Of a stretch of DNA of 64,000 nt, positions 8,430-17,851 are shown one piece after another (positions within the stretch are counted from its first letter, which is position 1; the number at the start of each line of letters is the position of its first letter). Source of the stretch: an uncultured Atribacterota bacterium (GTDB taxonomy: Bacteria; Atribacterota; JALVIU01); contig CAYWXH010000002.1 of assembly GCA_964462295.1 (NCBI GenBank), positions 1,303 to 65,302 of the forward strand. The letters run 5' to 3'. The notes beneath the pieces were generated by a model, which worked only from the letters and a program-made list of their open reading frames with translations, made no database searches and had not been told where the DNA came from. Made by a program: the position numbers and the translations under genes.

Positions 8430-9218
8430 ATGATGAGATCTCTTTGGAGTGCTGCATCTGGTATGTTGAGTCAGCAACTCCATATAAATACCATATCAAA
8501 TAATATAGCAAATGTTAATACAACAGGTTTTAAAAAAAATAGAGTAGATTTTGAAGACCTTATGTACCAAACTATAAGAAGGGCAGGGACACCTGTAAGT
8601 GGAGGTGCACAGATTCCTGTAAATACTGAGGTAGGCCTTGGGGTTAAGGTAGCTGCTACTCCAAAGATTTTTACCCAGGGAGATTTTATGAGAACAGGTA
8701 ATCCTTTAGATATGGTAATTGAAGGGGATGGGTTTTTCCAGATCGCCTTACCAGATGGTACTACTGCTTATACAAGAGATGGGGCATTTAAGATAGATAG
8801 TGAAGGTAGAATTGTAAATTCAAATGGTTTTATTCTCCAGCCTGAAATTACTATACCTGAAAATGCAACAGCCATTTCTATAAATGAAAGTGGAGTGGTT
8901 TCTGTGCTTACCCCTGGGGCAGAGGCCCCAACAGAGGTGGGCCAGATAGAACTTGCCCGTTTCGTAAATCCGGCTGGGCTAAGTAGTATGGGAAAGAATT
9001 TGTTTAGGGCGACAGCTGCATCGGGAGAGGCTATTACCGGTACTGCAGGCCTTGAAGGTTTTGGCACAATAAATCAGGGTTTTTTAGAGATGTCAAATGT
9101 TCAGATAGTAGAAGAGATGGTAAATATGATTACAGCTCAAAGGGCTTATGAGGCAAGTTCTCAATCTATAAAGACATCTGATGAGATGTTAAGGATTGCA
9201 AATACACTTATAAGATAA
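8430..9218 (+). CDS. flgG: Flagellar distal rod protein FlgG
   Basis: SAASGM...NNIANVNTTGFK at the N-terminus and MVNMITAQRAYEASSQSIKTSDEML at the C-terminus. Confidence 0.9.
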   Translation: MMRSLWSAASGMLSQQLHINTISNNIANVNTTGFKKNRVDFEDLMYQTIRRAGTPVSGGAQIPVNTEVGLGVKVAATPKIFTQGDFMRTGNPLDMVIEGDGFFQIALPDGTTAYTRDGAFKIDSEGRIVNSNGFILQPEITIPENATAISINESGVVSVLTPGAEAPTEVGQIELARFVNPAGLSSMGKNLFRATAASGEAITGTAGLEGFGTINQGFLEMSNVQIVEEMVNMITAQRAYEASSQSIKTSDEMLRIANTLIR

Positions 9219-9219
9219 G

Positions 9220-10173
9220 ATGAAAAAAGTAACCTTTTTCTTTATACTATTATTACCTATAATATGGATTAGTTCTTTAGCCTTGGCAAGTACTACTATA
9301 GTTCTAAAACATGAAGCTTTAGTGGATGGTAAAAATGTATATCTTGGAGATATCGCACTTTTAGAAGGAAAGTTAAGAGAAGAACTCTCAAAGATAAGGA
9401 TTGTTGCATCACCTGTCCCAGGAGACAAAAGAGAAATAGAGAAAAGGTATATAATATTAAGACTTAAACAGCTGGGATATGGAGAAAATACAGTAACTGT
9501 TGGGGGCCCTGAAAAGGTAATAGTAGAAAGGGCCTTTCAAGAAATTTCAAAGAAGTTTGTTGAAGATCTTGCATTTGAAAAGATAAAAGATGTAATCCCC
9601 AAGTGGGCCAAAAGGTATGAGGTGTTTTTTGATATCCCTACTTTTTCAAAATACGCACCAACAGGGAATGTAGAGATATTCTTAGATATTCCTTCTCTTG
9701 ACAAGGTAAAGGGAAGATATATCTCCTTCCCTGTTACTATTAATATAGATGGGAAAAAGTGGAAAAAGTTTTATGTAAATTGTAGATTAACATTATATGC
9801 AGATGTTCCGGTAGCAGTAACCTCTATAAAAAGGGGGCAGAGGATAACAAAAGAGGATTATAAGATCGAAGAGAGAAAAATAGAAAGACCATCCTTTCCC
9901 TATATTAGTCCAGATGAAGTAGATGGATATGTGGCACTTAAAAATATATATACAGGTAATATAATAGATTTTACATATGTAGCGAGACCTTATCAGATAA
10001 GAAGAGGGGAGATAGTAGATGTAGTTTTGAAAAGAGGTGCAATTACTATAATGCTTAAGGCGCAAGCCCTAGAAAATGGAAGTTATGGGGATATGATTCA
10101 ACTTAAAAACTTAAAAAGTGGTAAAAAGTTTACAGGGATAGTAAAAGATTTTGGATTAGTTATTGTGAAATAA
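9220..10173 (+). CDS. flgA: Flagellar P-ring assembly chaperone FlgA
   Basis: Signal peptide, SAF-like region, and the characteristic FlgA C-terminus (ENGSYGDMIQLKNLKSGKKFTGIVKDFGLVIV). Position between flgG and flgH fits. Confidence 0.75.
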   Translation: MKKVTFFFILLLPIIWISSLALASTTIVLKHEALVDGKNVYLGDIALLEGKLREELSKIRIVASPVPGDKREIEKRYIILRLKQLGYGENTVTVGGPEKVIVERAFQEISKKFVEDLAFEKIKDVIPKWAKRYEVFFDIPTFSKYAPTGNVEIFLDIPSLDKVKGRYISFPVTINIDGKKWKKFYVNCRLTLYADVPVAVTSIKRGQRITKEDYKIEERKIERPSFPYISPDEVDGYVALKNIYTGNIIDFTYVARPYQIRRGEIVDVVLKRGAITIMLKAQALENGSYGDMIQLKNLKSGKKFTGIVKDFGLVIVK

Positions 10174-10186
10174 AGAGGTGAGATAT

Positions 10187-10774
10187 ATGTTAGATAAATT
10201 AAAAAGGGTTTTTCCACTTATAATAGTTGTAATTTTTATTATGAGTAGTTTTGGATATGCAGGCTCTTTGTGGCCAAAAGATAAAAAAGACTCACTTTTT
10301 TCCGATAATAAGGCAAAAAATATAGGAGATATAGTAACTATACTAATTACGGAGAATAGTTCAACTTCTCAGAGTGTAAGCAGAAAGATTGGAAAAAAAG
10401 GTTCAATACAGGGTGGTGCAGGAACGGGAGTGCTTGATTTTATACCTGTTTGGGGATTAAATACAAGCACAACCCTAAAAGGAGGAGGGTCTGTAACAAA
10501 TAATGAAGTGATCACCGCAAAGATTACGGCAAAGATAGTGGGTATACTTCCAAATGGAAATCTTAAAATAGAAGGCATAAGAAAGGTAGTTATAAATAAT
10601 GATAGTCTAGAAATTATTATCACAGGGGTAATAAGACCCCAAGATATAAGTTCAGATAACACAGTTCTTTCTACTTATATCTCTGATGCCCAAATTAGTT
10701 ATAGGGGGACAGGTAGTCTCACAAATGCACAAAAAGAGGGTATATTGAGTCAAATACTTAATTGGCTTTTCTGA
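10187..10774 (+). CDS. flgH: Flagellar L-ring protein FlgH
   Basis: FlgH motifs (DIVTILITENSSTSQS...GGAGTG...IRPQDISSDNTVLSTYISDAQISYRGTG). ATG at 10187 with an AGAGGTG RBS. The ORF track starts at GTG 10178. Confidence 0.9.
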   Translation: MLDKLKRVFPLIIVVIFIMSSFGYAGSLWPKDKKDSLFSDNKAKNIGDIVTILITENSSTSQSVSRKIGKKGSIQGGAGTGVLDFIPVWGLNTSTTLKGGGSVTNNEVITAKITAKIVGILPNGNLKIEGIRKVVINNDSLEIIITGVIRPQDISSDNTVLSTYISDAQISYRGTGSLTNAQKEGILSQILNWLF

Positions 10775-10784
10775 GGTGATAAAT

Positions 10785-11885
10785 ATGAAAAGAAAAATTG
10801 TAATTATAGCTATTTGTATATTATTCCTTTTCTCAGTTTCGGCTTTTTCTTTGGAGGTAAATCTTAGAGATCTTGTTCAAATTGAAGGCATAAGAGGAAA
10901 CCAGTTATATGGATTAGGTCTTGTAGTTGGATTAAATGGAACAGGAGATAAGATGAAGATTACACCCCAGATGCTTAAAAACCTTATTGCAAAGTTTAAT
11001 ATAAACCCTAATGTCTCTATAAAGACAAAAAACATTGCCACTGTTATGGTAACAGCTGAACTTCCTCCTTTTGTTCGTCCTGGAGATAGGATTGATGTAA
11101 CAGTCTCATCTATAGGGGATGCAAAGAGTCTTCAAGGGGGAATACTACTTCAGACTCCACTTAAAGGGGCAGATGGAAATGTTTATGTGGTAGCCCAAGG
11201 ACCTGTCTCCGTAGGAGGATTTGCCTTCCAGACAGGAGGGGGTGGTGCAGGTGCCCAGAAGAATTTTCCTACAGTGGGACGTGTTGTAAATGGAGGGATA
11301 GTAGAAAACAATGTAAAAACAGATTTTATTATAGGGGGAAAGATAAAGCTATTACTTAAAAACCCTGATTTTACTACTTCTGCAAAGATAGCAAGGGTCA
11401 TAAATGAAAAGTTTAATTCCCTTTTGGCAGATGCTGTAAGTCCAGGGGAGGTAGATGTTAATATTCCATTAAAGTATAAGAGGTCTCCTGTAGAGTTTAT
11501 CTCTATATTAGAGAATCTAAAGGTAAGACCACAGGTTAAGGCTAAAATAGTGGTAAATGAAAGGACAGGAACTATTGTAATGGGAGAAGATGTAAAGATT
11601 TCAAAAGTAGCTATTGCCCATGGGAATATTAGTGTGACTATTCAAGAAAATCAAGTGGTATCTCAGCCTCCACCCCTTTCTGGTGGAACAACACAAACTG
11701 TAACACAGCCTACCCTTAATGTAAAAGAGAAAAAGGCTCATTTTGTAGTCCTTCCGGGGGAGGCTACCGTAAAAGACCTTGTTGATGCATTAAATGCTAT
11801 AGGGGCTACACCTCAAGATATTATATCTATCCTTCAGGCGATAAAAGAGGCAGGGGCATTACATGCAGATTTGGAGGTAATGTAA
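10785..11885 (+). CDS. flgI: Flagellar P-ring protein FlgI
   Basis: Signal peptide, then LRDLVQIEGIRGNQLYGLGLVVGLNGTGDK, which is the FlgI signature. ATG at 10785 after a GAGGTGA RBS. Confidence 0.9.
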   Translation: MKRKIVIIAICILFLFSVSAFSLEVNLRDLVQIEGIRGNQLYGLGLVVGLNGTGDKMKITPQMLKNLIAKFNINPNVSIKTKNIATVMVTAELPPFVRPGDRIDVTVSSIGDAKSLQGGILLQTPLKGADGNVYVVAQGPVSVGGFAFQTGGGGAGAQKNFPTVGRVVNGGIVENNVKTDFIIGGKIKLLLKNPDFTTSAKIARVINEKFNSLLADAVSPGEVDVNIPLKYKRSPVEFISILENLKVRPQVKAKIVVNERTGTIVMGEDVKISKVAIAHGNISVTIQENQVVSQPPPLSGGTTQTVTQPTLNVKEKKAHFVVLPGEATVKDLVDALNAIGATPQDIISILQAIKEAGALHADLEVM

Positions 11886-11886
11886 A

Positions 11887-12183
11887 ATGATACTAAACAA
11901 GATAGAGCATAAACCAATTTTTTTAGGAGAACATAAGAAGAGTTTAAAGGAGAAGAAAGAAGAACTAAAAAAGGCTTGTGAAGATTTTGAATCTATCTTT
12001 ATAAATGAAATGTTTAAAGAAATGCGAAAAACCTCTTTTGGTAATGGTATTATCCAAAAGACACAAGAATATAAGCTTTGGGAAGATATGCTTTATCAAA
12101 AGGTTTCAAAAGAGATGGCAGAGAGTGGAGGAATAGGTCTTTCTAAACTATTATATAAGCAATTGGAAAGGGGGTTAAGATAG
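11887..12183 (+). CDS. flgJ: Rod-binding protein (FlgJ N-terminal domain homolog), stand-alone
   Basis: 98 aa with the Rod_binding motif ACEDFESIFINEMFKEMRKT. No muramidase domain in this ORF. Confidence 0.8.
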   Translation: MILNKIEHKPIFLGEHKKSLKEKKEELKKACEDFESIFINEMFKEMRKTSFGNGIIQKTQEYKLWEDMLYQKVSKEMAESGGIGLSKLLYKQLERGLR

Positions 12184-12870
12184 GTGAATATAGACAGGAA
12201 GGAGGCCTGGCTTAGGGCACGTCCAGAGCTTTGGAATCTCCTTCAAAAGGTTAGGGAAAGTAGCGTTAAAGAGAAAGTATTGAGCTCTCCCCATAGTCCA
12301 AACCCTGCTAAAGAAACGGCAAGAGAAATAGAAAGTATAGTAGAAATTAGGGATGAGCATGTAAAGGAAGAATTTTCTCAGGTTCTAAATGAAATTAAGG
12401 AAAAGGTAAATGCCAATATTAATAAGAGCTTTCCTAATGGACAGATAATATCTTATAAAAAAGAACTAAAAGATGCAAAATCTATAGAAGACCTTATTGT
12501 TCGTCTATCTAAAAAACATGGAATAGATCCTGCACTTGTAAAGGCAGTTGTAAAGGTGGAATCGAATTTTAATCCTAAGGCGACCTCTTCGGTAGGGGCA
12601 AAGGGACTTATGCAGATTATGCCAGACACTGCCAAAGATCTAGGCATAAAAGACCTCTATGACCCAAAAGACAATTTAGAAGGTGGAATAAAATATTTAA
12701 AAAGACTTCTTAAGAAGTATGACAATGATATTTCTCTTGCCCTTGCAGCATACAATGCAGGGCCTGGGAATGTGGATAAACATAATGGGGTCCCTCCTTT
12801 TAAAGAGACAAGAAATTATGTAAGAAAGGTCTTAAAAGCATATACAAAATATGCACAAAAAACATTTTAA
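12184..12870 (+). CDS. Lytic transglycosylase (SLT domain), probable flagellar peptidoglycan hydrolase partner of the rod-binding protein
   Basis: SLT catalytic region (VKVESNFNPKATSSVGAKGLMQIMPDTAKDLGI...AYNAGPGNV). Immediately follows the rod-binding gene with a GTG start at 12184. Confidence 0.8.
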   Translation: MNIDRKEAWLRARPELWNLLQKVRESSVKEKVLSSPHSPNPAKETAREIESIVEIRDEHVKEEFSQVLNEIKEKVNANINKSFPNGQIISYKKELKDAKSIEDLIVRLSKKHGIDPALVKAVVKVESNFNPKATSSVGAKGLMQIMPDTAKDLGIKDLYDPKDNLEGGIKYLKRLLKKYDNDISLALAAYNAGPGNVDKHNGVPPFKETRNYVRKVLKAYTKYAQKTF

Positions 12871-12879
12871 TGTATGATT

Positions 12880-12908
12880 TAAAGTTTCCATCTCTTTCTA
12901 CCGATATA
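12880..12908 (+). promoter_or_regulatory. Putative sigma-28-type promoter upstream of flgM
   Basis: TAAA (12880-12883), a 16-nt spacer, then ACCGATAT (12900-12907). The same 14-mer TTTCTACCGATATA (12895-12908) occurs upstream of flgF. Confidence 0.55.
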
Positions 12909-12935
12909 TTTAATGAATAAAAGGAGGTGAAAGAG

Positions 12936-13238
12936 ATGGTTATAGGGGATGGAAGAGTAGGCAATATATTAAAATCCTACTTAAATAATGTACAAAAGAC
13001 CTCTTCTAAAGTTAAAGTTACTAAGCAGGAAGAGGTAAAAGGGGATAAAATAAAGGATAAAGTGGTATTTTCATCTGAGGCAAAAGAGTTTCAAAAAATG
13101 TTAGAAACACTTAAGAACTTGCCTGATGTAAGAGAAGATAAGGTTGCAGAATATAAAAAACTTATAGAGTCTGGTAATTATAATGTAAAGAGTGAGGATA
13201 TAGCAGATAGTATTGTAAAGTTCTTCGCTGGAGAATAA
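12936..13238 (+). CDS. flgM: Anti-sigma-28 factor FlgM
   Basis: About 100 aa. The C-terminal helix VAEYKKLIESGNYNVKSEDIADSIVKFF is typical of FlgM. AAGGAGGTG RBS with a 6-nt spacer to ATG 12936. Confidence 0.8.
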   Translation: MVIGDGRVGNILKSYLNNVQKTSSKVKVTKQEEVKGDKIKDKVVFSSEAKEFQKMLETLKNLPDVREDKVAEYKKLIESGNYNVKSEDIADSIVKFFAGE

Positions 13239-13239
13239 A

Positions 13240-13725
13240 ATGAATTTTGAGTACGTAAAAAAAGAACTATTTAAAATATTGGATACAGAATATAGGTTGT
13301 ATTGTGAACTTGTAGAGATTTTTAAAAAGGAGCAGGATGCCCTTTTGAATGATGATATAAAACTTCTTAATACCTTAATATTTCAAGGAGAAGAGAAGAT
13401 ACATAGGATAAAGTTTTTGGAAGAAAGAAGAGGAGAACTTTTAAAAGAAGGATACCCTATAACTAAATTGGGTCTTTTTATAGAAAGACTTTCTGATGAA
13501 GATGAAAAGGAACAATTTAGAAACCTAAGAGATAAATTGCTCCTTAAGATAGATGAACTCCGTCAATTAAGAGATACCAATGAATTAATTATAAATAAGA
13601 CTTTGAAGTTTCTTAGATTTTATATAGACCTTTTATCAAAAGAGAGTGGTTTCTCCGTATATGGTGAGAGGGGAAGTTTAAATTTTAACAAAAAACTTAC
13701 GAATAGACTTGATGAGAAGGTGTAG
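13240..13725 (+). CDS. flgN: FlgN-like flagellar export chaperone
   Basis: FlgN-type helical N-terminus (YRLYCELVEIFKKEQDALLNDDIKLLNTLIFQ). The flgM-flgN-flgK-flgL order matches Bacillus. Confidence 0.6.
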   Translation: MNFEYVKKELFKILDTEYRLYCELVEIFKKEQDALLNDDIKLLNTLIFQGEEKIHRIKFLEERRGELLKEGYPITKLGLFIERLSDEDEKEQFRNLRDKLLLKIDELRQLRDTNELIINKTLKFLRFYIDLLSKESGFSVYGERGSLNFNKKLTNRLDEKV

Positions 13726-13728
13726 GAT

Positions 13729-15156
13729 ATGGCAAATATCCTTGGTGCTTTAGAGGTTGCCAAGCGTGCACTTTTGGCACAGCAACTTGCCCAAGAGGTA
13801 ACAGGGCACAATATCGCAAATGCAAATACAGAAGGATACTCTCGTCAACAGGCAGTAATGGTCACTACTCGACCATATGCGAATCCTACATTTCAATCAA
13901 GGACTACGCCAGGACAGGTAGGTACTGGTGTAAAGATAAGTACAATTAGAAGATTTAGGGATGATTTTTTGGATTTAGAGATAAGGAAAGAAAAAGCTGA
14001 CCTTGGCTCATGGGAGGCAAAACATAAGCTTTATGGCGAGCTTGAGGTCATATTTGCCGAACCCCAGGATACAGGTTTTAATAAAGTCTTAAATGATTTT
14101 TGGAATTCATGGCAAGAACTTTCTGTAAACCCAGAGAATTTTGCTATAAGGTCTCAATTAAAAGAACAGGCAATTACTCTGACTACAGCTATAAATCAGA
14201 TAGACCAAAACCTACGAGATATACGATTAGATATAAATGAGGAAATAAAGGTAAAAGTTCAGGAGGTAAATTCCCTTGCTACCCAAATTAAAGATTTAAA
14301 TGACCAAATTGCAAAGGTAGAGCTCTCAGGAGACAAGGCAAACGATTATAGAGATAAGAGGGATTTGCTATTAGATAAGTTGTCCAAAATCGTAAACATA
14401 GATTACAATGAGATGGATAATGGCATGGTTTATGTAAGGGTAGGGGGTAGAACGCTTGTAAGCGGGATGTTTTTACATAAACTTGAGGCAAGGCATTCTA
14501 ATTATGAGGCACAGATGGTGGAAGTCTATTGGGAAAACACTCATGATAAGCCACTTTTGACCACAGGAGAGCTTAAGGGGCTATTTGAAGCAAGAGACAA
14601 GATAGTTCCCCATTATCAAAATATGTTAGATGATTTTTCTAAAACACTTATTAATGAGGTAAACAAAGTCCATAGAGAAGGCTATGGTATGGCAGATTCC
14701 ATCCTTTCACCTCCACCTGAGAGAGACTTTTTTAAAGGAGATTCTGCGGCGAATATTCATGTAAATGATGATATTGTATTTGATCCCAACCTTATTGCTG
14801 CATCCAAAAGTGGACAGGCAGGAGATGGTAGAATTGCCTTAAAAATTGCACAACTTCAGAATACCTTATTTGATATAGGAACAAAGAGAAATATTACCTT
14901 TTCTCAATATTATCAAGGAATGGTTGCAGACCTAGGAACAGAGGCCCAGAGAAGTAAAAGAATGACAGAGAATCAAGATATGTTGGTAAAGAAGCTTGAA
15001 AATTATAAAGAATCGTACTCTGGTGTATCACTGGATGAAGAGACTTCTAATATGTTGAAATATCAACATGCCTATAATGCAGCGGCAAGGTTTATGACAA
15101 CTATTGATGAGATGCTTACAAAACTTATAGAGGGCACAGGAAGAGTTGGAAGATAA
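13729..15156 (+). CDS. flgK: Flagellar hook-associated protein 1 FlgK
   Basis: N-terminal LGALEVAKRALLAQQLAQEVTGHNIANANTEGYSRQ and C-terminal MLKYQHAYNAAARFMTTIDEML. Confidence 0.9.
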   Translation: MANILGALEVAKRALLAQQLAQEVTGHNIANANTEGYSRQQAVMVTTRPYANPTFQSRTTPGQVGTGVKISTIRRFRDDFLDLEIRKEKADLGSWEAKHKLYGELEVIFAEPQDTGFNKVLNDFWNSWQELSVNPENFAIRSQLKEQAITLTTAINQIDQNLRDIRLDINEEIKVKVQEVNSLATQIKDLNDQIAKVELSGDKANDYRDKRDLLLDKLSKIVNIDYNEMDNGMVYVRVGGRTLVSGMFLHKLEARHSNYEAQMVEVYWENTHDKPLLTTGELKGLFEARDKIVPHYQNMLDDFSKTLINEVNKVHREGYGMADSILSPPPERDFFKGDSAANIHVNDDIVFDPNLIAASKSGQAGDGRIALKIAQLQNTLFDIGTKRNITFSQYYQGMVADLGTEAQRSKRMTENQDMLVKKLENYKESYSGVSLDEETSNMLKYQHAYNAAARFMTTIDEMLTKLIEGTGRVGR

Positions 15157-15168
15157 AGGGGTGGTAAT

Positions 15169-16083
15169 ATGTTTAGAATAACAAATAAAATGATGGCTGA
15201 TAAGGTGCTGTATGACCTTAATGTGAATATAAGGAAGCTTGATAGCTTATATGAAAAGCTATCAACTGGAAAAGAATTAAATAGGCCATCTGATAACCCT
15301 GTAGATGTTACAAGATCACTTCAATATAGAACCACAATAAGTAATACTGATCAATATATGAAAAATATGGAAACAGCTATTTCATGGATGAATTTTACTG
15401 ATTCCGCACTTGATAATATAGATAGAGTACTTATCAGGGTAAAAGAACTTGCGGTAAGAGGTGCTACAGAGAGTAATAGTCAGCAGAGTAGGTATGCAAT
15501 AGGAGAAGAGATTAAGGCATTGGCAGATGAGGCTCTAACTGTGTCTAATTCAAGTTATGCAGGAAGATTTATATTTGGTGGTTTTAAAACAGTAAAAGAT
15601 GCAAGAGAGCCTTATGAAACCCCTTTCGACCCAAGTACATATACCTACAAAGGTGATAATGGAAAAATGGAAATTGAAATAGATAAAAATGTAAAAGTAG
15701 TATATAACTTCACAGGGAGAGAGGTTTTTATGAGAGGAGATAAGACCCTCTTTCAAGAGCTAAAAGAATTAGGAAATGCTATGCAAGGGACTACACACCT
15801 AAATACAGAACAAATTGAGGAAAAAATAGAAAAGGTAGATGAATGGATAGACCATATCCTAAAATATAGGGCTATAATAGGTGCCCGTGTAAATAGATTG
15901 GAGAGGGCAAAGGATAGAATGACTGACCTTAATATAAATAATCAAAAATTGCTCTCTAAAAGGGAAGACCTTGACTTACCAAAGGCAGTAAGTGACCTTA
16001 AAACACAACAATCTGTTTATCAGGCTGCCCTTTCAGCTGCTGCCAAGGTTTTACAACCAACACTATTAGATTTCTTAAGATAA
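15169..16083 (+). CDS. flgL: Flagellar hook-associated protein 3 FlgL
   Basis: Flagellin-like N-terminal helix (MFRITNKMMADK...LSTGKELNRPSDNP) and C-terminal helix (DLKTQQSVYQAALSAAAKVLQPTLLDFL). About 300 aa. Confidence 0.88.
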   Translation: MFRITNKMMADKVLYDLNVNIRKLDSLYEKLSTGKELNRPSDNPVDVTRSLQYRTTISNTDQYMKNMETAISWMNFTDSALDNIDRVLIRVKELAVRGATESNSQQSRYAIGEEIKALADEALTVSNSSYAGRFIFGGFKTVKDAREPYETPFDPSTYTYKGDNGKMEIEIDKNVKVVYNFTGREVFMRGDKTLFQELKELGNAMQGTTHLNTEQIEEKIEKVDEWIDHILKYRAIIGARVNRLERAKDRMTDLNINNQKLLSKREDLDLPKAVSDLKTQQSVYQAALSAAAKVLQPTLLDFLR

Positions 16084-16096
16084 GGAGTAGAGAATT

Positions 16097-16543
16097 ATGT
16101 TATTGAAAACAGAGAGATTTGGTGAGATTGAAATAAATGAAAACAATATTATAGATTTTCCTCAAGGAATTTTGGGTTTTCCCAATGTGAAAAGATATAC
16201 ATTTATATTAGAAGAAGATAATGATGTATTCTTATGGTTACAAGGGATAGAAGAAGATATTGCATTTATTGTTACCAATCCCCTATTTTTTAAACCCGAT
16301 TACAAGATAGAACTACCAGAAGAGGAAATAAAAGAACTCAAAGCGGAAAAATTAGAGGATATAAGTATATTTACAATAGTTACAGTTCCGGCAGACCCTC
16401 AATTTACTTCTATAAATCTTCAAGGACCCCTTCTTATAAATCCCCATAAAAATATAGGAAAACAGGTTGTGCTATTAAATGAAGAGTATCCCCTTAAATA
16501 TTTCATCTTTATGAATAAAAAAGATTTGGCAGAGGCTATATAA
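16097..16543 (+). CDS. fliW: Flagellar assembly factor FliW
   Basis: ERFGEIEINENNIIDFPQGILGFPNVKRYTFILEE...FLWLQ is the FliW signature. Paired with csrA downstream. Confidence 0.9.
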   Translation: MLLKTERFGEIEINENNIIDFPQGILGFPNVKRYTFILEEDNDVFLWLQGIEEDIAFIVTNPLFFKPDYKIELPEEEIKELKAEKLEDISIFTIVTVPADPQFTSINLQGPLLINPHKNIGKQVVLLNEEYPLKYFIFMNKKDLAEAI

Positions 16544-16556
16544 AAGATAATTTCTA

Positions 16557-16585
16557 TTGAAAATTATTCAGGATCGTAGTATAAT
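16557..16585 (+). promoter_or_regulatory. Sigma-70-like promoter in the fliW-csrA spacer
   Basis: TTGAAA (16557-16562), a 17-nt spacer, then TATAAT (16580-16585), 30 nt upstream of the csrA ATG. Confidence 0.55.
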
Positions 16586-16615
16586 TAATAAAAAATACAA
16601 TAGGGGATAATATAT

Positions 16616-16861
16616 ATGCTTATTCTTTCTCGAAAGCCCAAGGAAAGTCTTATGATAGGAAATGATATAGAAGTAGTAGTACTTGAGGTCAGGGGTGAAC
16701 AGGTAAGATTGGGTATAAGGGCACCTAAAGAGGTCTCAGTCTACAGAAAAGAGATCTATGAAAATATTCAACGAGAGAATTTGGAAGCTTCTAAAACAGA
16801 ACTTAAAACACTTAAAGACCTTAAAAAAATAGTAGGAGGAGGGAAATCCATTGGATCCTAA
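16616..16861 (+). CDS. csrA: Carbon storage regulator CsrA
   Basis: [49 protein letters not shown] is a near-canonical CsrA sequence. Confidence 0.95.
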   Translation: MLILSRKPKESLMIGNDIEVVVLEVRGEQVRLGIRAPKEVSVYRKEIYENIQRENLEASKTELKTLKDLKKIVGGGKSIGS

Positions 16862-17849
16862 AATAGCGATTCTCATGGAATCATTGGAGTGTTCAAAAGA
16901 AGAGGCAGAGATGCTTTTGGAAGCCTCCGAAGGAGATATAGAAAAGGCTATAAAATATTATAATATGATTGCAAAAGAGTACATGGTACTTGCCCTAAAA
17001 ATTGAGGCAAATAGGATTTCTAATCTGGAAGGTTATTTTTTTATTTTGGCAAATGGAAAAAAGGGAGATATAAAAGAGATAGAAGGTGCAGTAGTCTTTA
17101 AAAAACAAGAAGGTATAGATATAACAGTAGATTGGGAGGCATTTAAAGAGGTTATAAGGGAATTAAAGAAAGAACCTACCTTTGATAGTTTAGAAACAGA
17201 TAGATTAAAGGGTTTTTTAGAAAAGGCCCTTAATCCTTCTCTTGTTAACTTCATATATAAGGAATACCAAAAAGGAGATTTACGAGAGATTAGAGAGAAA
17301 CTTGATAAAATACTTTCTGAGTATTTTGCAGAAGAGATAGATTTTTCGTATAATATTACACTAATTTCATCCCTAAATTTGAAAAGAACAGAGGAAGTAG
17401 AAGAGGAAGAAGAAAGTAAAGAGAAAGAGAAAAAGAATATAGATATATATGTAAATGTGCTTCCTGTAGTGGATCCTGTAAAAGGTAAGCCAGTTGAAAA
17501 ATTAACATTGGGAGATAAAATTTATGTAAAAATAATAGAGGATAAGGCCATATCTGAAGCGGTGGGAAAAGAACTAAATAGAACAGTGGACGATATTAAA
17601 GATATTGCCCCTTGTACATTACGAAAAATGGAAAAAACAGAGACAGGGAGTTTTGAATTAGAGGTAATCTTACGAGATGGGATTATAGGTAAAACTATAG
17701 TAAAACCAGATATAAGGATAAAATTGGTTGAAGAACAAAAACAGGTAGAAGAAGAAAAGAAAGAATTATCCCCTATGATTTATATATACTTTACCATAGG
17801 GGCTTTGGTGATAGTGGCAATAATAATAGTTATCCTTATCTTGAGGTGA
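16851..17849 (+). CDS. Hypothetical tail-anchored membrane protein with an N-terminal UBA-like helical domain
   Basis: The N-terminus ([32 protein letters not shown]) resembles the UBA-like module of EF-Ts/NAC. An acidic linker follows. A single C-terminal TM helix ([23 protein letters not shown]). The start may be TTG 16851 or ATG 16875. Confidence 0.5.
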   Translation: MDPKIAILMESLECSKEEAEMLLEASEGDIEKAIKYYNMIAKEYMVLALKIEANRISNLEGYFFILANGKKGDIKEIEGAVVFKKQEGIDITVDWEAFKEVIRELKKEPTFDSLETDRLKGFLEKALNPSLVNFIYKEYQKGDLREIREKLDKILSEYFAEEIDFSYNITLISSLNLKRTEEVEEEEESKEKEKKNIDIYVNVLPVVDPVKGKPVEKLTLGDKIYVKIIEDKAISEAVGKELNRTVDDIKDIAPCTLRKMEKTETGSFELEVILRDGIIGKTIVKPDIRIKLVEEQKQVEEEKKELSPMIYIYFTIGALVIVAIIIVILILR

Positions 17850-17851
17850 AA

